Below, piece after piece: positions 58,187 through 64,000 of a DNA stretch of 64,000 nt (the first letter of the stretch is position 1; every line of letters starts with the position of its first letter). The translations under genes were made by a program, and so were the position numbers. Under the pieces are notes generated by a model. It saw only the letters and a list, made by a program, of their open reading frames with translations. It was not told where the DNA came from and searched no databases. This stretch comes from an uncultured Spirochaetaceae bacterium (GTDB taxonomy: Bacteria; Spirochaetota; Spirochaetia; SZUA-6; DRHE01): assembly GCA_964604845.1 (NCBI GenBank), contig CAZSBH010000007.1:13215-77214 (forward strand), in the 5' to 3' direction.

Positions 58187-59527
58187 ATGAAAAAGACGGA
58201 TGTGGTTATTGTTGGGGGAAGCGCGGCAGGGCTCACCGCTGCAATCACCGCGCGAAGACACTATCCGAACAAGAAGATTTTGCTGATTCGCAAGGAAAAA
58301 CTGGTCCCCATCCCCTGCGGCATACCCTACATCTTCGGTACTGTGGGAAGTCCCCAAAAAAACTTGATCCCGGATACGGCCCTGGAAAAGCACAATGTTG
58401 AGTTCATAATAGACAACGTGACTGAACTCGACAGTGAGAAAAAGACTGTGCAAACCAAGTCCGGGGAGGAAGTTGGTTATGACAAGCTCATCCTGGCAAC
58501 GGGCTCGCTGCCGATGATGCCGCCGATTCCCGGTTTCGACAAGGAGAACGTGTATCCGGTGCACAAGGACGTGGAGCATCTCAGCATCATGCAGGAAAAG
58601 ATGAAGTCTTCCAAGAAGATCGTGGTAATCGGAGGCGGATTTATCGGTGTGGAGATGTCCGATGAGATGAATAAAATCGGGAACCTGGATGTGACGATCT
58701 GCGAGCTCCTTCCCCACTGCCTGCAGCTGGCCTTTGATCCGGAGTTCTGCACAGAAGCAGAAAAACTCATAGAGAAACGGGGCGTCAAGATCATGGCCGA
58801 CCAGAGGGTAGCCTCGATCGAAGGCAACAGCAAGGTGACAGGGGTGAAACTGGCCGACGGCAGGATTCTGCCCGCCGATATGGTCATCGTCGGGATCGGA
58901 ACCGTTGCCAACGTTGATCTGGCCAAAAAAGCCAATCTGCGCCTGGGACCTACTGGATCGATTTGGGTCGACCGAACGATGCGCACCATCGACGAGAACA
59001 TATTCTCCTGCGGTGACTGTACAGAAAAGTTCTCTTTCTTCGGCGGCATTCCCTCGAAGCTCAAGCTGGCATCCATTGCCTGTTCGGAAGCTCGGATCGC
59101 CGGCGCCAATCTGTTCGGAATCCAGAGGGAAAGCGTCGGCACCATCGGCGTGTTTTCTTCCGCCATCGGAGATCGGAGTTTTGCCGTAGCGGGGTTGTCG
59201 GAGAACTTTGCCAAGCAGCAGGGATACGATGTGATCACGGGGACTGCGGAAGGACCGAATCGGCATCCGGGAAGCATGCCCGGCATGGCAAACCAGAAGG
59301 TAAAGCTGATCTTCGAAAAACGCACAAAGGTCCTGGTTGGATCCCAGATGATGGGAGACTTCGCGGTGGGAGAGCTGATCAACGTTGCCAGCGCCTGCAT
59401 CCAGTACAAGATGACCATCGACGACATTGCCTGTTTCCAGATGGGAACTCATCCTGCTTTGACAGCCTCGCCGGTGGTATACCAGTTCGTCAACGCGGCG
59501 GAATCCGCCTTGCTGGCGATGTCGTAA
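58187..59527 (+). CDS. FAD-dependent pyridine nucleotide-disulfide oxidoreductase (single-Cys NADH oxidase/CoA-disulfide reductase-like)
   Basis: VVIVGGSAAGLTAA FAD fold, Cys44 in PIPCGIPY, second Rossmann VVIGGGFIGVEM, SCGDC motif. ATG 58187 sits behind AAAGGAG. Confidence 0.85.
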   Translation: MKKTDVVIVGGSAAGLTAAITARRHYPNKKILLIRKEKLVPIPCGIPYIFGTVGSPQKNLIPDTALEKHNVEFIIDNVTELDSEKKTVQTKSGEEVGYDKLILATGSLPMMPPIPGFDKENVYPVHKDVEHLSIMQEKMKSSKKIVVIGGGFIGVEMSDEMNKIGNLDVTICELLPHCLQLAFDPEFCTEAEKLIEKRGVKIMADQRVASIEGNSKVTGVKLADGRILPADMVIVGIGTVANVDLAKKANLRLGPTGSIWVDRTMRTIDENIFSCGDCTEKFSFFGGIPSKLKLASIACSEARIAGANLFGIQRESVGTIGVFSSAIGDRSFAVAGLSENFAKQQGYDVITGTAEGPNRHPGSMPGMANQKVKLIFEKRTKVLVGSQMMGDFAVGELINVASACIQYKMTIDDIACFQMGTHPALTASPVVYQFVNAAESALLAMS

Positions 59528-59540
59528 AGGGAGGAAATCA

Positions 59541-59930
59541 ATGCCGAAAATTCTTGTAATCGATGATGACAAAGACCTGCAGGAGGCGACCCGACTCGTT
59601 TTGGAGAAAAACGGCTTCGAGGTTGTCTCAGCCTATAATCCGGAGGAGGGCCTCGCGAAGGTACAATCCGAGAATCCCGACCTGGTCATATTGGACGTAC
59701 TCATGCCCAGCAATTTTGAAGGATTTGAGGTGGCCCGGACGATCAGGGAAGAGTTGAAACTGCTGAAGCTGCCGATCATCCTCCTTACCGCTGTGCACGG
59801 GGAAAAGAAAGTGCCGTACCGCTTCGCTCCTCACGAGCAGTGGCTGCCCGTTGATTATTTCTTTGACAAACCCGTACCGCACGAAGTGCTGGTGGCTAAG
59901 GTCAAGGAGTTCCTCAACATCACGGAATGA
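59541..59930 (+). CDS. stand-alone response-regulator receiver protein
   Basis: ILVIDDD, LVILDVLMP, ILLTA and FDKP are the receiver signature residues. No output domain. Confidence 0.85.
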   Translation: MPKILVIDDDKDLQEATRLVLEKNGFEVVSAYNPEEGLAKVQSENPDLVILDVLMPSNFEGFEVARTIREELKLLKLPIILLTAVHGEKKVPYRFAPHEQWLPVDYFFDKPVPHEVLVAKVKEFLNITE

Positions 59931-59972
59931 TCTGACCGCACCGTCGTTTGTCCCCGGTCACTCGGATTCCGC

Positions 59973-60452
59973 TTGCTGGAACCGATGAAGCGCGGAATAG
60001 GTGCCGCAGGAGGAGTGAGCAAAGTGGAACCTTCCCGATGGAAAAGAGCAGCGAAAGGTTTGCTCAACAACATCAAGATGAGCATTCCGATTCTGGCGGG
60101 CGTTTTGTTGCTCATCGGTCTGGTCAACACACTGGTACCGAAAGAGTTTTTTTCCAAGATCTTTACCGGCAACAGGGCGCTTGATCCTTTGATCGGCGCC
60201 CTGTTCGGTAGCGTTGCGGCGGGCACTCCGCTGACCAGTTACCTCATCGGGGGGGAGCTGCTGAAAACCGGCATTAGTTTAGCAGCCGTGCTGGCCTTCA
60301 TCGTGAGCTGGGTCACCGTCGGGACGATCCAACTTCCCGCGGAGAGCCTGATGCTCGGGAAAAAATTCGCTCTGCTTCGAAACGGGATCAGCTTGATTAT
60401 GGCCATTATTATCGCTGTCTTAACAGTGCTTGCCACGGGGATCCTGGGATGA
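59973..60452 (+). CDS. half-size permease subunit A (ArsP/DUF318-like)
   Basis: About 4 TM. FTGNRALDPLIGALFGSVAAGTPLTSYLIGGELLKTGISLAAVLAF. Start uncertain: TTG 59973 or ATG 59985. Confidence 0.55.
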   Translation: MLEPMKRGIGAAGGVSKVEPSRWKRAAKGLLNNIKMSIPILAGVLLLIGLVNTLVPKEFFSKIFTGNRALDPLIGALFGSVAAGTPLTSYLIGGELLKTGISLAAVLAFIVSWVTVGTIQLPAESLMLGKKFALLRNGISLIMAIIIAVLTVLATGILG

Positions 60453-60955
60453 AAAAAATCGTACAGAAAATCGGCGCCAACTGGCTTTTCCTCATTGCCG
60501 TTGTCCTGGTGTACCTCATCCTGGGGTTGTGGAATTTGCAGCTTGCTTTGGCGGGTCTGGAGGTATTCCTGGGACTCCTGAAGAAAATTCTACCCGTCCT
60601 GGGAATCGTGTTCCTCCTCATTTTCGTCTCCAATCTCTTTCTGAATCCCAAGACGGTGGCCAAATACCTGGGCACGGGCGCCGGGACTCGAGGCTGGCCG
60701 ATTGCGGTGATCGCGGGCATTCTCTCAGCTGGACCTATCTATATGTGGTACCCTCTGCTGGGGGAGCTGAAAAAAAAGGGTATGCGAGACGCCCTGATAG
60801 CCACCTTTCTCTATAGCAGGGCCGTAAAAATTCCTCTTCTACCCATGATGGTCTACTACTTCGGCCTCAAGCTGGTGGTGATCCTGACGATCCTCATGAT
60901 TCTGTTCTCAGTCCTGAACGGTTTGCTTGTAGAGCGATTGACAACACAGAACTGA
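60449..60955 (+). CDS. half-size permease subunit B (ArsP/DUF318-like), paralogous to subunit A
   Basis: ATGA overlap with subunit A. YLGTGAGTRGWPIAVIAGILSAGPIYMWYPLLGELKKKGMRDALIATFLY parallels the subunit A motif. Confidence 0.55.
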   Translation: MKKIVQKIGANWLFLIAVVLVYLILGLWNLQLALAGLEVFLGLLKKILPVLGIVFLLIFVSNLFLNPKTVAKYLGTGAGTRGWPIAVIAGILSAGPIYMWYPLLGELKKKGMRDALIATFLYSRAVKIPLLPMMVYYFGLKLVVILTILMILFSVLNGLLVERLTTQN

Positions 60956-60978
60956 CAAAGTGCATCTCAGAAATAGGG

Positions 60979-61003
60979 ATCCGGGGGGACGGGCCCCCCG
61001 GAT
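60979..61003. terminator. GC-rich hairpin between convergent genes (bidirectional terminator candidate)
   Basis: ATCCGGGGGG (60979-60988), loop ACGGG, CCCCCCGGAT (60994-61003). Lies between the permease stop (60955) and the DUF5320 stop (61019). Confidence 0.55.
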
Positions 61004-61018
61004 TGCAGTTTACCTTCC

Positions 61019-61351
61019 CTACTTTTTCGAGGTTTCGGATTCGAGTTCCTCGATCCGTTTCTGAAGCGTGCCTATCTGGTCTTCGAAGAACTTCACCTGG
61101 TTTTGAAGTGCTTCCTTCTCCTGCGCCTCTGAGTAGGTTGGTGCGTACGGATACGCGCCGTATGGCTGGGCCCAAACTGCCGGGGCAGGGAAATAACCTC
61201 TCCCGCGCCCTCGACCCCTTCCGAATCCAGCGCCCATTCTGCCGCCGTAGGGATTCATGAATCCCGGCATGTTGTAGCCGGCGCAGTAGCCGGCTGCTCT
61301 GCCGGTCATCGGTCCCATCCCGGCGGGTCCGGTTCCATCTCCTCTAGGCAT
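61019..61351 (-). CDS. DUF5320-like protein (Gly/Arg-rich N-half, coiled-coil C-half)
   Basis: MPRGDGTGPAGMGPMTGRAAGYCAG start is the DUF5320 signature as I recall it. GRGRGRGRG run, then EKEALQNQVKFFEDQIGTLQKRIEELE. Confidence 0.7.
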   Translation of the reverse strand: MPRGDGTGPAGMGPMTGRAAGYCAGYNMPGFMNPYGGRMGAGFGRGRGRGRGYFPAPAVWAQPYGAYPYAPTYSEAQEKEALQNQVKFFEDQIGTLQKRIEELESETSKK

Positions 61352-61377
61352 GATTTCTCACCTCCGATCTTGGTTAT

Positions 61378-61761
61378 TTAGTGCCGCGGTCCCTTGCCAC
61401 GACCGCCGTGGCCGTGCCCATGAGGGCCGCCGCCGCTCCCCCGTCGTCCCCAGGCAAGACCGTAGGGAGGATGGAATCTTATCACCCCGCCTTCGATACC
61501 GATTCCTCTGCTATTGACCAGGGCTTCGGCCACTTTTTTCCGGCCCTGCTCGACAATTCTTCCAAAGGTAGGCCGGGAAACATTCATCCTGCTTGCCGCT
61601 TCCTCCTGACTAAGACCTTCGAGATCGGCGAGTCTCATCGCTTCCAATTCATCGATAGTGACCACCATTAGACCAATCGCCCGAACAGTCATAGGCTGCG
61701 GAATGAAGCACACACCGGGCGGTTCAAAGCCGATCCAGCGGGGTTTAACGGGACGCGCCAC
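61378..61761 (-). CDS. DUF134 (UPF0251) predicted DNA-binding protein with Gly/His/Arg tail
   Basis: MARPVKPRWIGFEP..V.CF.P start and sigma-70 region-4-like HTH (DELEAMRLADLEGLSQEEAASRMNVSRPTFGRI). Tail GGGPHGHGHGGRGKGPRH. Confidence 0.7.
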   Translation of the reverse strand: MARPVKPRWIGFEPPGVCFIPQPMTVRAIGLMVVTIDELEAMRLADLEGLSQEEAASRMNVSRPTFGRIVEQGRKKVAEALVNSRGIGIEGGVIRFHPPYGLAWGRRGSGGGPHGHGHGGRGKGPRH

Positions 61762-61907
61762 TCGATATCATCTCCGAATATCAGTAGTTTTGAGCATACG
61801 CTCATAATAAATGTATATCCAATGTCCGCAGATGTCAAGTGCTTTTCTATCCAAGGTTGGTTGTTGCAATATGCAATAGTAACCGGTAGGATAAACATGC
61901 GGAATGC

Positions 61908-62240
61908 ATGAATCGGGAGATCCATGGGATACCCGCGAACAGAGCGATGGAGAGCAGAGAAAGCGTTATTCTAGATTCGATCAATGAGGGCGTCTTTACG
62001 GTAGACCTCGACTGGCACATCACGGCTTTCAACAGCGCTGCGGAGAAGATCACTTGAGTAAGCCGGCAGGAGGCGGTGGGACGCCCCCCTTCCTTATTCG
62101 GACATTCCGGATGACGAGAAAAGGTCCCAGAGCCCGGATCTGAAGTACCATGAGGCCGCTGTTCAAGGGAACTCGTCGTGATGATTGTAGTCGTCTCGGT
62201 TTTATAATCTTCAGGATGAACGGCGCGAAAAGAGACTGAG
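61908..62240 (+). pseudogene. decayed N-terminal remnant of a PAS-domain regulator
   Basis: ATG 61908 ... VILDSINEGVFTVDLDWHITAFNSAAEKIT-TGA(62055-62057)-VSRQEAVGRP. The PAS S1 box is interrupted exactly where Gly (GGA) is expected. Further stops and frameshifts follow, and the MFS gene starts at 62241. Confidence 0.5.
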
Positions 62241-63491
62241 ATGATTGCCTCGTTACGAGCGCTTTGGCTTCGCTCGGGAGCTTTTATCCGACGCCAACCG
62301 CGGAACTTCAAGATCATGCTCGTTCGCCGCTCCCTCCACGGGCTGGCCTTGAATCTCTCGGCCCAATACAACTCCATCTATGCTGTAGCTTTGGGTGCCA
62401 ATCCGGTTCAGCTCGGTTCTCTACTGAGCGCGGGCAATACGATCGGGGCTCTGATTTCGGTACCGTCGGGCTGGCTGGTCGATCGCTACAGCTTGAAAAA
62501 GGTCATCCTGACGGGCACCCTGCTTCTGCTCCTGTCGGCGGTGTGCTACGCCCTGGCGCCGGACTGGCGCTTATTGTACGCAGGAATCGTGCTCCTCTAC
62601 ATGGGGGTGCGCGTCACCTGCACCTCCTGCACGGTAATCGGAGCTAGGGAACTTATCAACGAAGAGCGAGCCACCGCGAGGGGTTTATGCCGCACCCTCT
62701 CCGCCGTGATCACTGTGAGCACCCCTCTTCTGGCTGCCTGGTTGGTAGCGCTGTCAGGGGGGATCAATGTAGGTGGGATACGCCCGCTTTACTGCATCCA
62801 GATTGCAGTATTTGGCAGCATAGTGGCGCTTCTGATTCTGTTCCTACAGGATCCGGCGAAGCAGAACAGTAGGGAGCGAAGACTCCGCTTCTTTGATTTT
62901 GCCGAAATCTTTCGGGGGAGGCCGGGGCTGATCCGGGTTTTGGCTATGCTGGCCCTGATGGACATACCCTGGTCCATGGTACAACCCTACATGCCCCTCT
63001 TTGCCCATCAGTTCAAGGGTGCTGAAGAGATCCAACTGGCCGGCATGGCTGTTGCGGTCAGCATCGCACCGCTGCTGTTTGCCCTTCCTCTGGGCAGAAT
63101 GGCAGACCGCTACGGGCGTAAGAAGCTGCTGTTCCTGATCGCTCCTGTGAGCTACCTCTCCAGTTTCTTGCTGATCTGGGCCACCGGACCGATGATGCTG
63201 TTCCTTGCCGGGTTGTGTTTCGGGTTCAACAGTATCGCCACCGCCCTGGCCGCTGCCATGGCCTCAGAAATCGTTCCAAAGGAAAAGATGGGACGGTGGA
63301 TCGGCCTGATCGGCCTAGTCCGGGGTCTGGTCAGTATACCCGCACCGCTGATCGGTGGCTTGATCTGGAAGCATTTCGGTCCCCAGGTCGTGTTTATTTT
63401 TGCTGTGTTTTTGGACGCGGCGGTGCGCCTGCCCCTGCTGGCTTCGGTCCGCGAGACTCTTCACCTCAGCTCGGAGCAAGAAACAGCATGA
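62241..63491 (+). CDS. MFS transporter
   Basis: About 12 TM. MFS loop motif GRMADRYGRKKLL between TM8 and TM9 and GWLVDRYSLKKV between TM2 and TM3. Confidence 0.85.
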   Translation: MIASLRALWLRSGAFIRRQPRNFKIMLVRRSLHGLALNLSAQYNSIYAVALGANPVQLGSLLSAGNTIGALISVPSGWLVDRYSLKKVILTGTLLLLLSAVCYALAPDWRLLYAGIVLLYMGVRVTCTSCTVIGARELINEERATARGLCRTLSAVITVSTPLLAAWLVALSGGINVGGIRPLYCIQIAVFGSIVALLILFLQDPAKQNSRERRLRFFDFAEIFRGRPGLIRVLAMLALMDIPWSMVQPYMPLFAHQFKGAEEIQLAGMAVAVSIAPLLFALPLGRMADRYGRKKLLFLIAPVSYLSSFLLIWATGPMMLFLAGLCFGFNSIATALAAAMASEIVPKEKMGRWIGLIGLVRGLVSIPAPLIGGLIWKHFGPQVVFIFAVFLDAAVRLPLLASVRETLHLSSEQETA

Positions 63492-63587
63492 AACGGGCGG
63501 TCTCTACGAGTTCAATTATATCACCCCTGCGCAGGACCGCCTGCAGGAGGTGCCGCTGATTGGGTATACCCTGGGCGTCCCCAATGT

Positions 63588-64000
63588 TCAGGGGATGCAG
63601 ATCAGCCGATAGTCCTTGATCGAGAAATAGCGTACCACGGTATCCAGCCAGCTCCGGCGAACGACCACAAACAGTTCCCGTTCCCGCGATATCCGGTCCA
63701 CGACGTACGACACCGAAGCCGAAAGCCCGTTGCCTGCGGTTTCCAGAGGCCCGACTTCGTCGACGATTAGACCCGCCGTGCCTGTGGAAAACGCCTCAAG
63801 AACCCAGCTGTTGGCCGCTTCCTTGCCGCTGCCAGAGACGGAGAAAGGCCCCACCCGCTCCTGCGGGTCCCATCCTTCCGGCTCCCGGTTTTTTCGACGA
63901 GTAAAAGCGACCTGCTGCCCCCTGCCGATCCGAAAGGCGTCGTAACCCACACACTCACCGTTCCGAAAAACCTTTTTCAGAAGAATGCCCTCCCGCTTCC
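63588..64000 (-). CDS. DUF2478/THEP1-like nucleotide-binding protein (5' end outside window)
   Basis: The minus-strand frame is open to the window edge (..KREGILLKKVFRNGECVGYDAFRIG..). GLIVDEVGPLETAGNG resembles the Walker-B/effector segment of DUF2478 proteins. Confidence 0.4.
   Translation of the reverse strand, partial: KREGILLKKVFRNGECVGYDAFRIGRGQQVAFTRRKNREPEGWDPQERVGPFSVSGSGKEAANSWVLEAFSTGTAGLIVDEVGPLETAGNGLSASVSYVVDRISRERELFVVVRRSWLDTVVRYFSIKDYRLICIP

Noticed and set aside
61853-61876. Possible sigma-54 promoter or operator (GGTTGGTTGTTGCAATATGCAA) in front of the PAS remnant
   Set aside because: The GG-to-GC spacing is 9 nt rather than the 10 nt required for a -24/-12 promoter. The TTGCA-ATA-TGCAA palindrome has only 5-bp arms.
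61847-62377. 176-aa minus-strand ORF spanning the DUF134 / MFS intergenic region
   Set aside because: The translation has no recognisable features. It is antisense to the PAS-like reading frame and to the MFS start. It lies in a region best explained as a decayed + strand gene.
1-64000. Scan for tRNA, rRNA, CRISPR arrays, IS elements or transposases, toxin-antitoxin pairs and defence genes
   Set aside because: I found no T-loop/acceptor-stem patterns, no regularly spaced repeats other than the 24-bp x3 unit, no transposase-like ORFs and no nuclease/ATPase defence-type modules. This absence is from reading by eye only; tRNAscan-SE, Infernal, ISEScan, PADLOC or DefenseFinder would confirm it.

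Overview
This window looks like conserved chromosomal core from a spirochaete, not an accessory island. I base that on gene content and order: flbB and flbD are present, FlgE carries the Lys165/Cys178 pair, and the order dprA-topA-xerC-hslVU-flgB matches the Borrelia/Treponema arrangement. From about 3.5 kb to 50.5 kb every gene is on the + strand, with tiny or overlapping junctions. This run holds four blocks: (1) a compact division cluster, mraZ-rsmH-ftsL-murF-mraY-ftsW-ftsQ-ftsA-ftsZ; (2) xerD, a TPR lipoprotein, dprA, topA, xerC and hslVU; (3) a complete flgB-type flagellar superoperon, flgB to flhG; (4) fliA, a FapA/DUF342 gene, two small unknown genes and cheW-cheA-cheY. The left edge carries a methyltransferase tail, a DUF4912 + GH57 branching-enzyme pair and a STAS + DUF1820-like pair. 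The right 13 kb is more mixed. It holds a minus-strand class-B PBP translationally coupled to a Maf-like (DUF115) gene. Diverging from that is an operon of two LysM-M23 peptidases plus a beta-helix membrane protein. Next come a single-Cys FAD oxidoreductase, an orphan receiver, a split permease, a DUF134/DUF5320 pair, a decayed PAS-regulator remnant, an MFS transporter and a partial DUF2478-like gene. I saw no rRNA, tRNA, CRISPR, IS element, prophage or recognisable defence system. I cannot point to a clear novel system. The most unusual items are: a dense GATTGCGA/TCGCAATC motif array in the PBP/M23 divergent region, the PBP-Maf coupling, a Csd-like M23-M23-beta-helix module, a perfect 24-bp x3 tandem repeat with a coupled micro-ORF between flhB and flhA, and a 97-bp duplication-flanked insert between fliG and fliH. 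All family names come from reading motifs by eye. No database search was run.
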